Below, one piece after another: positions 24,529 to 34,529 of a DNA stretch of 64,000 bases. The first letter of the stretch is position 1; every line of letters begins with the position of its first letter. The DNA is from a virus: positions 1-64,000 of the IMG/VR virus record IMGVR_UViG_3300035158_000222; one strand, written 5' to 3'. The notes under the pieces are model-generated. The model was not told where the DNA came from, made no database searches, and worked only from the letters and a program-made list of their open reading frames with translations. The translations under genes and the position numbers were made by a program.

Positions 24529-26373
24529 TTATGTTGCTATAAAGATAATTTTGCTTACGGTTTCTGTTTGGAGATTAGCATCACCAGTAAAGGTTCCGGT
24601 TCCTGTATAGCTGTAGACTACTTCGAGCTTCGCTGCTTTAGACGCAGAGCTGCTATAGTCATAAGCATTTCTTTCTCTACCAATATCACTTCCATTGTCA
24701 TTGATTATTAGAGCAAGATCATTCCCACTTGCCCAGCCGTTTCTGTCTGTAATCTCCTGTACAATACTTGCTAGGCCAGTGAAGTCATACTCATTGTCAG
24801 TCGTCCACGAAGGAAGAATACTGAAGTTTACGTATGCAGAAGTGAGCTGTGTATAGTTGTCTTCCCAGGGCCTGTTATCAGTCGACCATGCAGGCGCATC
24901 ATCAACGTCAATACCGTAAACTCTTACATTTACATTATTACTAGAATAGTCACCATTGGCAGTAAGCGTAAGTTTGGCGCTATGGATAGTAGCACCCTTC
25001 GGGATATTTACTCCAGTAAATCTGAAGCCTGCGCAGAGGCTCCACTCTAGCATGTGCCCACCTTCGTGACCTATCTCGATAGTGCTTTCGCGATAGTCTA
25101 CGGATACGTTAGTATCATTGCGATACTTGTCAGTAGCGTCGTTAGTAGATGAGGTTACTATCTGCTCCGTAACGGTAGTTCTCGGCTGGAATAGAGATGC
25201 ATCGCCAGTAAAGTCATCGGAGTATCTATCAGCATAACTGGTATCATAACCAACTATAAACTCACCATCATTATCTGTATTGGCTTCGTATAACATACAG
25301 AAATGTGTAGTAGTAAGCTTACACATCGCAGGCGCATTGATTCTATAGCCCGTGCTATAGGTATCTTCTCCATCATCGGTTATAGTATCATTATCGTTTC
25401 TGGTTATATACTGGACCTTGCCGTTAGCACCACCGAGTTCGAATTGACATACATATTTATTAACACCCATTGCAAACAAGTCCTGTTTTCTAACTTGATA
25501 CGATGCACCATAGTAAAGCTCAGAAGCAGAGGAGTTGGCTGTTACGGTAGTATCAGTAAGAGTAAAGGGTCTGGCATATAGCTTACGCTCTGAGCCAGAA
25601 GACCAGGTTAGGATACCTTTCGTAGTCGAATCTACGTCCATGCTACATGCTACATATTTATATGTAGTAAAATCCTGAGAGAACTTGGCACCCCCGGCGG
25701 TCGAAGGCGTAGTACCTGAAACAGTATACTGACTCAGGTAGGCATCAAAGCTCCATGTTCTTCCGCCGCTTCCTACCATTCTTGACCAAGCCAGGATAAA
25801 CCTATCGTCGGCTAGGCGCTTTATATCACATGCTCCAAGCTCATATGCGGAGTTTCCGGTATTAAGGAAATTATATTCCGTTCCAGGAATAATAGTCGTC
25901 CCGGATACAGTACATACCTGAAGCTGTCCCTTACCAGTCGCATAGTAACTTCTTCTGGCAGCAGTAACGAACTTACTATCAGTCAGCATGTCTACGGCGA
26001 ACGGATATACGCCGGTGATATTATTAAAGAGGCCCGTAGCACTATCTAATGATATAGTAATAGTAGTTCCGGATAATGTACCGATAATACCCTTCGCTTT
26101 ATTAGTATCGCCCGAGTCAGAAAATACTATAATGAATTTAGTAGATGACAACGGAGCAATAAATAGCGAGCCAGAATCAGCATTACCGGATTCAAACTTT
26201 ACCTTACTTCCCCAAGTTGGCGTAGTACCGCTAACAGACGCTGCTCTTACATAACATCCAGTAGCACTGAAATCAGACCAGGCCGCTACTATATGTGTAT
26301 CATCCATACGACAGATATCCATCTTGGCCATATTGCCAGTATCAAATGTTGACTTTGTTCCAAATGTTGCCAT
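24529..26373 (-). CDS. Virion protein: beta-propeller-like + DNRLRE/CBM-like domain with two isolated FTGDAxL repeats
   Basis: Propeller-type repeats; GFRFTGVNIPKGATIHSAKL...AKLEVVY. Confidence 0.75.
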   Translation of the reverse strand: MATFGTKSTFDTGNMAKMDICRMDDTHIVAAWSDFSATGCYVRAASVSGTTPTWGSKVKFESGNADSGSLFIAPLSSTKFIIVFSDSGDTNKAKGIIGTLSGTTITISLDSATGLFNNITGVYPFAVDMLTDSKFVTAARRSYYATGKGQLQVCTVSGTTIIPGTEYNFLNTGNSAYELGACDIKRLADDRFILAWSRMVGSGGRTWSFDAYLSQYTVSGTTPSTAGGAKFSQDFTTYKYVACSMDVDSTTKGILTWSSGSERKLYARPFTLTDTTVTANSSASELYYGASYQVRKQDLFAMGVNKYVCQFELGGANGKVQYITRNDNDTITDDGEDTYSTGYRINAPAMCKLTTTHFCMLYEANTDNDGEFIVGYDTSYADRYSDDFTGDASLFQPRTTVTEQIVTSSTNDATDKYRNDTNVSVDYRESTIEIGHEGGHMLEWSLCAGFRFTGVNIPKGATIHSAKLTLTANGDYSSNNVNVRVYGIDVDDAPAWSTDNRPWEDNYTQLTSAYVNFSILPSWTTDNEYDFTGLASIVQEITDRNGWASGNDLALIINDNGSDIGRERNAYDYSSSASKAAKLEVVYSYTGTGTFTGDANLQTETVSKIIFIAT

Positions 26374-26396
26374 ATGTTTAGTTTATATTAAGTAAA

Positions 26397-27110
26397 TTAT
26401 TCAAACGTAAGAATGACGCTTAGACCTTTTGGTGCAGTTCCTGAGTGCACAGCGTCTACGTCTATGTAGATCTCGTCGCCGGTAGCGATGTCATCATTGG
26501 CCGCGTTTATGACTTCGTCGTTCGCGTAGAACTCGTCACCAATCGTCACCTTCGTTGAGAGCATGTCGACATCGGCACCTGCTCTCCGTCGCCTTACTTG
26601 TACGTCAGTAGTTCCTGTTATACCTTTGGTATGAACAGTGCAAAGAACGTCTTTGAGTTCGTATCCGTTAAAGTCAGCCGGTACCGGGATAGCCACGGCA
26701 CCATCTCCGACAGCTACGTCTTGCGAGCTATCAAAGACATTAATACCGAACATCTTCTTACCAGCTGCGTCTGTAAGATCATCCATCATTTTTTTCGTAA
26801 GCACTAGGGCCATACGATATGTTTTGCTAGCGATGTTCTTGATGCTAGCACCAGATCCTTCTTGGTTTCTGGTTACGGTTAAGGTATCAGTACTTCTGGC
26901 AGTACATCGAACGATCTCAACATTAGGATCGTCAGACGGATCACCATAGTCAGTATTATTCCACCAGACAAGGTTAAACTCCCCATCCGAAGACGGATCA
27001 GGAAGCTTGGCGCCATGGCCACCAGACAGAACAATGCTCACGGCACTGTCGTCATAACCAGTGGATACTGTTACCTTACCAAAGTTTTTTACTGCGTCGA
27101 ATGTTGCCAT
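26397..27110 (-). CDS. Virion fibre-associated structural protein
   Basis: EIVRCTARSTDTLTVTRNQEG motif; C-terminal IDVDAV...KGLSV beta-sandwich. Confidence 0.7.
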   Translation of the reverse strand: MATFDAVKNFGKVTVSTGYDDSAVSIVLSGGHGAKLPDPSSDGEFNLVWWNNTDYGDPSDDPNVEIVRCTARSTDTLTVTRNQEGSGASIKNIASKTYRMALVLTKKMMDDLTDAAGKKMFGINVFDSSQDVAVGDGAVAIPVPADFNGYELKDVLCTVHTKGITGTTDVQVRRRRAGADVDMLSTKVTIGDEFYANDEVINAANDDIATGDEIYIDVDAVHSGTAPKGLSVILTFE

Positions 27111-27136
27111 ATGTTTTGGTTTATTATTAATTTTAA

Positions 27137-30100
27137 TTAAATTCCTAATTCAAGGCCAAACTCTTCCATACCTGTCAGACCCCATCCTGGGGCATTGGCC
27201 ACGCTGACACAATCTATAGTTCCTGCGAAGCCTGCGTCCTGCAGCGTAGATTCAAGCACCGACAGACCGGCAAATGATTCTGTGCGCTCTACGTCAAAGT
27301 ATGCGTCACTATTGAACTGATTCGACAGTACGCCCTTCAGACTTGCATCAGCTGTAAATGTATTCTGGATATCCTTTTGAAGACTCGCATCTCCAGAGAA
27401 CGTATCAGACACTGTAGCAGATAGACTGGCATCTGAACTGAATGTATCTGATACTACTCTGAGTAGACTAGAATCACCAGAGAATTGTGCTGTATGCAAT
27501 GTTTGTATCAGGGCATCACCTGTGAATGTATTAGCTTCGACTGACCTTAGGCTGGCATCTCCGGAGAATGTAGCAGGTACTACAGCCAACAGACTTGAAT
27601 CAGCAGAGAACGTATTCGCCTCTAAACCTACGAGATTCGCATCACCCGTGAACGTTGCTGTATGCAGGGTCACAAGAGCTGCATCTCCGTTGAATGTATC
27701 AGAGACAGATACTGCTAGATTCGCATCTCCAAAGAATCTTGGATATGTAATATATGAATCACCTGTGAATTGATTTGAAAGTACGGCCGCCAGATTCGCA
27801 TCACATGTAAACGATCCTGTTATGATCTCAGCAAAGTGCGCATCACCTGAGAATGTATTAGATACCACACCTGTCAGGCTCGCATCACCAGAGAACGTAG
27901 CAGCAATTACCTTCTCAAGATTAGCATCTCCTACGAATGTATTCGACTCTGCCCCTACAAGGTTGGCGTCACCTGTAAATGTATCTTCTATGTATCTGTC
28001 ACCCATGAATATACCGCCGTACATTGGGCCGTATCCCCAGGCTCCGTACAGGAATTTACTGTCACTGTCGTATAGATATGCATCACCGGTCCAGTGTCCC
28101 TTACTAATTACTGCATCTCCGGTAAAGGTGTTAGGAATCGAGTATGTCACTTTTACCTCGAGGTGGTCGAGATTCGCGGCTATCGATTTGCCTGCATACG
28201 ACTCTATCCCTACGTCTATAATAAAGTTATCGTCATTTATATCAGACGGTGACAGGGATAATCCCCATAGATCAGAGATAGTTCCGTATATAGCAGTGGT
28301 CTCTGATGTTGACAGGGTCACTTCTTTCTCTCCATAACTTGTATCTGGTTTCACTACCCTCACATAGAATCTTCCGTCAGCAGTATCGACAGTATCCTCA
28401 TAGTGCTCAAGAGCCACCTCTACTCCGAGTATTGTAGCGTGAGACGGTACTGTGAATCCGAAGTGGTGATATGATTGCCACTTAGATCCTAAGCCAGACT
28501 GCGAAGCAGTCGCGTACTGATCATCACTTACGTACGCCTGTGGCGCATTGGTCCACTGGTTATTTGATCCTGTACCGGAAGGAGATTGCCAGTATGTTGT
28601 TTTAATAGTGTATGATATTTCAACTCTTTCAAGATTACAGTCAGCAACGAACGTGGTTGACTCTATGCTCTGCAGACTTGCATCTCCTGTGAAGGTATCA
28701 CTTTCTGTGCCCAGAAGACTGGCATTACCAATAAACAAATTCTGTGAAGTATCTTTAAGGCTTGCATCACCTGAGAATGTGTTCGATACTTCACCGACCA
28801 GATTGGCATCAGAGCTAAATGTTTGCTCTACAATACTTACTATGCTGGCATCTGCAGTAAATATGTCGCTGTACTGCCGCATGATCATGGCTCTTCCAAG
28901 CCACGTATTAGAGACAACTCTCTTAAGGCTAGAGTCTCCGCTGAACGTGTCGCTTATATCGGTCTTAAGAAGATTGGCATCAATATCGAATCCATTACCT
29001 CCACCATATAAGAACTTAAGTTCGTTGATAAATATCTCATGACCAGATACTCCGATAGTAGGATGATGTATCCTAAAGATAACATGATTATAGTTAGCAG
29101 TATCTATATAGTCAGACATATCTAGCGGTAGGAAGTATGTGTGTGAATAGTCTCCGGTAGGATTCTTTTTGAAATCCTGGGTTTGTGCTGTTATGTTATC
29201 CCAGCCGGTTGTATTTGTATTATATAATTGGAATCTGATATTATGTTCGGTTGTAGCATTATAGTAGCCAATCAATCTGACCATTAGCTGCTGGCCGCTT
29301 GTAGGCACTTCATAGAAATCAAAATCAACTTGCATTCCCGGGGTTACCCCAACATTTTCTATGACAGATAGTCTGCTTCCGTTATGGTCCCACGTATCTT
29401 GAAGACTACCGCCGCTTACTGATCCAATATTGACCGTCATTGATTTGGCATGTTGCCACGACAGAAGGTAGGAATCTCCATAATAAAATACTGTAGGTAT
29501 TATTAACAGATTCGCATCTCCAGTAAATGTTTCCGTATATGTACTTATAAGATTGGCATCACCCGTGAATGTATCAGAGATCACGCGCTTTAAGCTTGCG
29601 TCTGCCGAATACGTATCTGAGTATGTTTCGGCTGTGATCTTCACCGCTATAATTCTGTTTAGCTTAAAGTCTGATTCGTTACCAGCTCCAGTATCCTGAG
29701 TAGCACCTTCTAGCTCTAACGTCTTACTTCCTGCTGCCATACCAGCAACACCAAGCGAGATAATAGAACTATTGCTATTATCCTGATTATCAGAATTCGT
29801 CTCACCATACATGTAGCCATCCATTGTGTCTGCACCGAATTTCATTGCTATACCGGTCCCATTATTATTATCCCTGCATCCGAAGAACGAGTGTGCCATT
29901 ACAAGATAATCACCGTCATCCAGATATCCTGTTTGCGTTAATATATCTTGCCAGGTAGCAGCCCCACTATCGAGAGTAACAGTGCCTTCATTCTCGTTCT
30001 GGATATTCGTGTTGTTCATTATCGGAATAGCACAGATTCTTGCTCTCTGGATTATAGCCTCGTCAGCCCAGCCTTGACCCTGATATCGTATATCAAATGT

Positions 30101-30847
30101 CTGCGAAGACGCGGGAAGCGTCTCAAGAGTAAATGCAGTAATAGGAATATATTTACTGTCGTTTGATGTATCTCTACCTATATCTGTATTGGCAGCATCA
30201 TAGTCAGTATTGTAGGCACCGACTACTGTGCTACCATACCTGAATTCAAATGCACCACCGCCTGCTGCAACATCTTCGGACGCACATGAAGCATGGAACA
30301 TTACCATGTACTGTCCTGCAGTCGGAGGAGTAAAAGTTAGGGTTGTCTTGGTCTTCCACCCTGTACCAAATCCCGAGCTTGATTCGGATTCTGACTCAGC
30401 CCACTCTGTGTTTGGTGGTTCCTCGAAGCAGGTAATGCTGGCATTATTAATCCAGATATCATCCGTAGAAGATTCAGCCAGATATTGCAGATCAATAGTG
30501 TGAGATGTATTGTCAAGGCTGATTCTATCTATGAACGTGATCGGGATACCCTGCCTAATCGATGTAGCATTCAGGTTGCCAAAGTTAATCCATCTTGCTC
30601 CGCTGGTTCCGGTAATAGCCAGAGTAGTAGAATCGTCCAGCCTGAATCTTGCACCGATACCGTGCCCGTCCTGAGCAGTGTCATAGTCTGCACCAATGAA
30701 CATAGTACCAATCACGATAAAGTTCTTGGTACCTGATTCCCCGCTTCGGTTCACAGTAAGCGTAAGGTGGTCAGTCCACGATGTAGGAGCTGACGAGGTT
30801 ATGACAGTTTCGGTTAGGTCTTTATTTGTATAAAATTCTCTGGCCAT
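27137..30847 (-). CDS. 1236-aa virion fibre protein with beta-sandwich domains and ~30 FxGDAxL repeats
   Basis: Repeat blocks separated by globular inserts (FGFTVPSHATILGVEV). Confidence 0.8.
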   Translation of the reverse strand: MAREFYTNKDLTETVITSSAPTSWTDHLTLTVNRSGESGTKNFIVIGTMFIGADYDTAQDGHGIGARFRLDDSTTLAITGTSGARWINFGNLNATSIRQGIPITFIDRISLDNTSHTIDLQYLAESSTDDIWINNASITCFEEPPNTEWAESESESSSGFGTGWKTKTTLTFTPPTAGQYMVMFHASCASEDVAAGGGAFEFRYGSTVVGAYNTDYDAANTDIGRDTSNDSKYIPITAFTLETLPASSQTFDIRYQGQGWADEAIIQRARICAIPIMNNTNIQNENEGTVTLDSGAATWQDILTQTGYLDDGDYLVMAHSFFGCRDNNNGTGIAMKFGADTMDGYMYGETNSDNQDNSNSSIISLGVAGMAAGSKTLELEGATQDTGAGNESDFKLNRIIAVKITAETYSDTYSADASLKRVISDTFTGDANLISTYTETFTGDANLLIIPTVFYYGDSYLLSWQHAKSMTVNIGSVSGGSLQDTWDHNGSRLSVIENVGVTPGMQVDFDFYEVPTSGQQLMVRLIGYYNATTEHNIRFQLYNTNTTGWDNITAQTQDFKKNPTGDYSHTYFLPLDMSDYIDTANYNHVIFRIHHPTIGVSGHEIFINELKFLYGGGNGFDIDANLLKTDISDTFSGDSSLKRVVSNTWLGRAMIMRQYSDIFTADASIVSIVEQTFSSDANLVGEVSNTFSGDASLKDTSQNLFIGNASLLGTESDTFTGDASLQSIESTTFVADCNLERVEISYTIKTTYWQSPSGTGSNNQWTNAPQAYVSDDQYATASQSGLGSKWQSYHHFGFTVPSHATILGVEVALEHYEDTVDTADGRFYVRVVKPDTSYGEKEVTLSTSETTAIYGTISDLWGLSLSPSDINDDNFIIDVGIESYAGKSIAANLDHLEVKVTYSIPNTFTGDAVISKGHWTGDAYLYDSDSKFLYGAWGYGPMYGGIFMGDRYIEDTFTGDANLVGAESNTFVGDANLEKVIAATFSGDASLTGVVSNTFSGDAHFAEIITGSFTCDANLAAVLSNQFTGDSYITYPRFFGDANLAVSVSDTFNGDAALVTLHTATFTGDANLVGLEANTFSADSSLLAVVPATFSGDASLRSVEANTFTGDALIQTLHTAQFSGDSSLLRVVSDTFSSDASLSATVSDTFSGDASLQKDIQNTFTADASLKGVLSNQFNSDAYFDVERTESFAGLSVLESTLQDAGFAGTIDCVSVANAPGWGLTGMEEFGLELGI
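29012..29023. repeat. Palindrome core GAACTTAAGTTC (13/14 match, in CDS)
   Basis: AGAACTTAAGTTCG. Confidence 0.8.
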
Positions 30848-30848
30848 A

Positions 30849-31142
30849 TTATGTATATTTATGTCTTACTTCTAGCTTGCCCTTCATTTTCTTCTTGCCT
30901 TCGTAGTTGTCAACTATCCTCTCTATTGATGTTATAAAATCCATTAGGTCGTACTGTCCGACCTTTGCAAGTGATTTAAGATTGAGCTTGAGATTGTAGA
31001 TGATCTCATCTGCCGTGGGCTTTTTCTTGAGTTCCTTGATCCTGATCAGGTATTTCTTTTCGCAGTATTCACGTTCGTCAATATACCAACGAGGTCCGCG
31101 GTATTTACCACATATAGTTTGTTTACATCCACGACAGTCCAT
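30849..31142 (-). CDS. Hypothetical protein
   Basis: N-terminal CxxC; TAATATG coupling. Confidence 0.6.
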   Translation of the reverse strand: MDCRGCKQTICGKYRGPRWYIDEREYCEKKYLIRIKELKKKPTADEIIYNLKLNLKSLAKVGQYDLMDFITSIERIVDNYEGKKKMKGKLEVRHKYT

Positions 31143-31152
31143 AGAATTAAAG

Positions 31153-31431
31153 TTAACCTATAAAGTGTACGGCGGCTTTCCAGATAGCGTATACGACCCC
31201 ACCGATAATCGAAACGCCTACTACTCTACCCACCCAAATAAGAAACTTCTCTACCCACTTGGCAGAGAACTTTTTCTCGTTCTCCTTATTCATATTCTCT
31301 ATCTTTTTCCCGAGATCTTTAAAGCCATCACCGACTTTTTTGTCGAGATTCTTGTGGCCTTCCTTGATATGTTTGATGTCGGTTTTTACTTCTCTCATAT
31401 CTACTTTAAGTTGTATGATATCTTTTTCCAT
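31153..31431 (-). CDS. Coiled-coil + TM holin/XhlA-like protein
   Basis: Coiled coil, FSAKWVEK, C-terminal TM. Confidence 0.6.
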   Translation of the reverse strand: MEKDIIQLKVDMREVKTDIKHIKEGHKNLDKKVGDGFKDLGKKIENMNKENEKKFSAKWVEKFLIWVGRVVGVSIIGGVVYAIWKAAVHFIG

Positions 31432-31435
31432 ATTA

Positions 31436-32473
31436 TTAGAAGTTCGCGCCTTTCGGAAGTTCATTGAAGATCTTGGATGAAACGGTTATGCCATAGCCAT
31501 TATTATTCTGTACGTAGATCGAGGCCGCAGCCTGTCTCTCGTTCCGCACAGGCCGTAATTGGCCACCGACTATAATACCTTTTCGTCCTGCTCCTTCGCC
31601 TTCCAAGACGAACTTTTTCTCAAAGTCTTTAATAATACGATTTGCATCATCAGATATTTGAACGACATTGGGTTTATCTACCAATGTCCACGGATTAAAC
31701 ATGAATCGTGAGTCGAACCATTCTTCCCGGAACTTCTGCCACCCATCAGGATGTAGGGCATCTGGGGTTCCTCTCGTACCCCAGCTGTTAGGACCTGCAA
31801 TAAACTTTCCAAGTTTATCTATACCAAACTTGGCCCACCACATACAGTGAGCCCAGGTAGACCTTACCGGTGGCTTTGGTTCGAATGATCCCCAGTTACC
31901 TGCACCATCGCCGCGCAATCCTCCAACTACTCCCCAGTTGTCTCTAATAGCCATAGCAAATAAGTCCATATTACTTGCCGCACTGAATGTGCGATACTCT
32001 TTGGCTTGCAGGATTTGAGCTATTCTATCCATCTCAGGAGTCTTCCATGTTCTCTCGATCATGAATTCTTCTCTCGGGGGATTTCCATTTTCATAGCTGG
32101 ATACCAGTCTTTCCGGTAGTGATCCCCAGTTCACCAATAACTTAGCGCCATCACGGATATATGCACCGCCATGGAGTCCAAGGCTGATCTGAGAATAGAT
32201 AGCTTTTGCCGATTGATCCCGGTAGTATCCGGTCTCAACAGCATCAAGACCAGAACCGTAATAACTCCAGCCTTGTCCTACACAAGAACTGGAACCGTCC
32301 TGGTCCTTGAATGGAATAACAATATCAAGTTCTCTCTCGATATCGAATCCCTTTTCCCAATCTACGGGTTCTCCGGCCGCGGCTACTTCTTCGTAGCCAT
32401 AGTCCCTTACATCTATCTGATCCGGGACACAACCAGTCCCATAGGGAAATCTTGGTCGGAAGAAATTAAACAT
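31436..32473 (-). CDS. Papain-like (C1) cysteine peptidase
   Basis: KDQDGSSSCVGQ, WAHC, NSWG. Confidence 0.85.
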   Translation of the reverse strand: MFNFFRPRFPYGTGCVPDQIDVRDYGYEEVAAAGEPVDWEKGFDIERELDIVIPFKDQDGSSSCVGQGWSYYGSGLDAVETGYYRDQSAKAIYSQISLGLHGGAYIRDGAKLLVNWGSLPERLVSSYENGNPPREEFMIERTWKTPEMDRIAQILQAKEYRTFSAASNMDLFAMAIRDNWGVVGGLRGDGAGNWGSFEPKPPVRSTWAHCMWWAKFGIDKLGKFIAGPNSWGTRGTPDALHPDGWQKFREEWFDSRFMFNPWTLVDKPNVVQISDDANRIIKDFEKKFVLEGEGAGRKGIIVGGQLRPVRNERQAAASIYVQNNNGYGITVSSKIFNELPKGANF

Positions 32474-32491
32474 AGTTGTGGTCTTAGTTAA

Positions 32492-32911
32492 TTATGGTAC
32501 CAACGTGCAGTCCCCTGAGAATGAATCAGAGACTACAGCAAGAAGACTCGAGTCAGCATCGTATGAAGCTGCTATTGTTGTCAGAAGACTTGAGTCACCA
32601 GCGAACGTATCGCTAACAGTGATAGCAAAAGCCCCAAGACCAACAGCGTCTCCTAATTCCATGATAGAAAGAATCCCAGCACCTGAGTCCTGGATAACAG
32701 AAACTTGAGCCGGATACAATATATCGAATGTATATTGCCTATCCGCTGAAATTAAGAAGCCGTTGCCCGCAGAAACTGTAGTAGAGTCGAAGCTGATGTA
32801 GCAATCAGCCGAAGCAGATACGGTGATCTGTTTAGCTTTTCCACTAAGATCCTGCGACTGTGATGTGCCGGTAAACGACACATTGATTGCATTTGATTTT
32901 GAATAAGCCAT
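32492..32911 (-). CDS. Small beta-sandwich structural protein with three C-terminal FxGDxxL repeats
   Basis: FAGDSSL, YDADSSL, FSGDCTL at 14-aa spacing. Confidence 0.75.
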   Translation of the reverse strand: MAYSKSNAINVSFTGTSQSQDLSGKAKQITVSASADCYISFDSTTVSAGNGFLISADRQYTFDILYPAQVSVIQDSGAGILSIMELGDAVGLGAFAITVSDTFAGDSSLLTTIAASYDADSSLLAVVSDSFSGDCTLVP

Positions 32912-32915
32912 AGTT

Positions 32916-33671
32916 TTAAGCCTTAATTATTTTATCTCTATAAATAAGTTTATAGTCCCTAATAGGAATTTCCCTCTGGCGGATATCCTTGTTGCCGATT
33001 ATCCTGATATGGCCTAGGCCATGTTGCCAGTTTGGCACACCCTCGATATAGTCCTGCTGCATTTTACACAGGCACCCGGTCTCCATCCATTCGTAGTCCC
33101 CGCTTCTTTTAGTAGCGTAGAACTTCCCAAGACGGTGAGTATGAGCAGATGCTCCGCTAATACCCTCCTTCTCGAACTCGGCCCTGCATGTATATGCAGA
33201 GTGCTTTCTAAAGTTCTTGCCATGCTTTGCTATGAATTCATCTCCTATTTCGAAGGAGTCCATATAGGCTATCCCAAGCTCGTCTAGCTTGAGGAGTTTA
33301 TTTAATTGTAAGTCTCTTAGATATGCGAAGGCTTTTGCATGTCTCCACATGTACTTCTGAAGTCTATCCATGTGGTTGCTTTTGAGTAACACTTTCTGTG
33401 AGTTCGGGCATATCTCGCTGAGATGTTCCCAGTACCCTCGTACCATGTCCAGCTCTTCTTGCAAGCTATTAACTCTCTTTGGGTCTTTAGAGAATTTAGA
33501 GATAGCGTAGAAATCATGCCACTCATGCATGAGTATGATCTCCGGCTGGATGATCTCACAAAATTTGAATGCTACTGATAGTGCCCTCTTGTCCTCAAAC
33601 GGGACGTGTACGTCGTTTAGCGTTATGATATCCATCGATTCACACGCCTCGACTTTCGCTTTGTTGAGCAT
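32916..33671 (-). CDS. Calcineurin-like metallophosphoesterase
   Basis: DVHVP, SNH, HG, HTHR, GCLC, NWQHG. Confidence 0.8.
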   Translation of the reverse strand: MLNKAKVEACESMDIITLNDVHVPFEDKRALSVAFKFCEIIQPEIILMHEWHDFYAISKFSKDPKRVNSLQEELDMVRGYWEHLSEICPNSQKVLLKSNHMDRLQKYMWRHAKAFAYLRDLQLNKLLKLDELGIAYMDSFEIGDEFIAKHGKNFRKHSAYTCRAEFEKEGISGASAHTHRLGKFYATKRSGDYEWMETGCLCKMQQDYIEGVPNWQHGLGHIRIIGNKDIRQREIPIRDYKLIYRDKIIKA

Positions 33672-33691
33672 AGTAGTCTATTATATTTGAT

Positions 33692-33786
33692 AAAAAAAAC
33701 TTTCATCGTATGTGGTCCGATCCACGATGAAAGCTTTCTTCGATGGGTACGCAAAGGAACTGCGTTTAACCTAGGATCGGTTACCC
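33692..33786 (-). terminator. Terminator hairpin preceded by a three-helix fold
   Basis: CTTTCATCGT/ACGATGAAAG stem + T8; upstream GGGTA/TACCC junction. Confidence 0.65.
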
Positions 33787-34529
33787 TATTTTGCGTTTGT
33801 ATCCTTGACTATTCCGCCCATGACGTCATGGCGGGCTACTTCTGTCTGATTCGGGTATGTAACTTTCGTCATCTTCCAGTGATCACAATGAACTGAGAAG
33901 TCGCACCAGAGATCCTGGCCCTTGTCTCTGAGTTCATAACAGAACTTAATATCTTCTCCTATCGGCTTCTTTCCTTTGTCAGGAACAAACTCTTCCTTGA
34001 ACCAAGGCTCTTCAAGATTATCGAATACAGACTTATGTATAAGGCAGCATGACATTCCAAAGGCGTCTACCTTTTCTATGCCTTCTGGCTTAAGAACGTA
34101 TTCGAGACCGTCTTCTTTGTCTTTGCCGTTGGCGAATCTGAACACCATGGGGGCTGGCCTAAGAAGTCCGTCTTCACATAGTTTGAAGTTACAGGTTACA
34201 CCTGTTATTATATCTTTTCCGGTAGCGAGTAATTTCTCTATCGCGTCTGGTGGAGGTACGGTATCCGCATCGACAAAGAACAAGTAATCGTAACCGCCGT
34301 TCAGGAATGCAGACACGCACAGGTTGCGCGCTACTGATACCGGTGAATAGTTTTGTGGCGGGAACAATATCATCTTCATGCCTCTCGACCAGGAGATCAC
34401 CCTGAGCATGAGATCAGTGCGGATATTCCCCATGTTGGGAATAGCGACAAAGATAGATGGCATTTGATCTAAGGTTTTGCCGTCTACCTCTTTGGGTTTG
34501 AATTCTCTATTCCCCATCTTCGTCGGCAC
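33786..34529 (-). CDS. GT-A (family 2-like) glycosyltransferase
   Basis: ARN, YLFFVDAD, GMSCCLI, PWF, GEDIKFC. Confidence 0.85.
   Translation of the reverse strand: MPTKMGNREFKPKEVDGKTLDQMPSIFVAIPNMGNIRTDLMLRVISWSRGMKMILFPPQNYSPVSVARNLCVSAFLNGGYDYLFFVDADTVPPPDAIEKLLATGKDIITGVTCNFKLCEDGLLRPAPMVFRFANGKDKEDGLEYVLKPEGIEKVDAFGMSCCLIHKSVFDNLEEPWFKEEFVPDKGKKPIGEDIKFCYELRDKGQDLWCDFSVHCDHWKMTKVTYPNQTEVARHDVMGGIVKDTNAK

Noticed and set aside
17889-29042. Plus-strand ORFs with RLASP repeats
   Set aside because: Antisense shadows of the GDAxL codons; same applies to plus-strand ORFs opposite the giant gene
17594-30847. DGR target/template or DNA-level tandem array
   Set aside because: No reverse transcriptase in the window; repeats are conserved in protein with diverged codons and no adenine-specific variation noticed
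33692-33786. HDV/theta or pistol ribozyme
   Set aside because: Helix order and conserved nucleotides (P1.1 GG, catalytic C context) did not fit by eye
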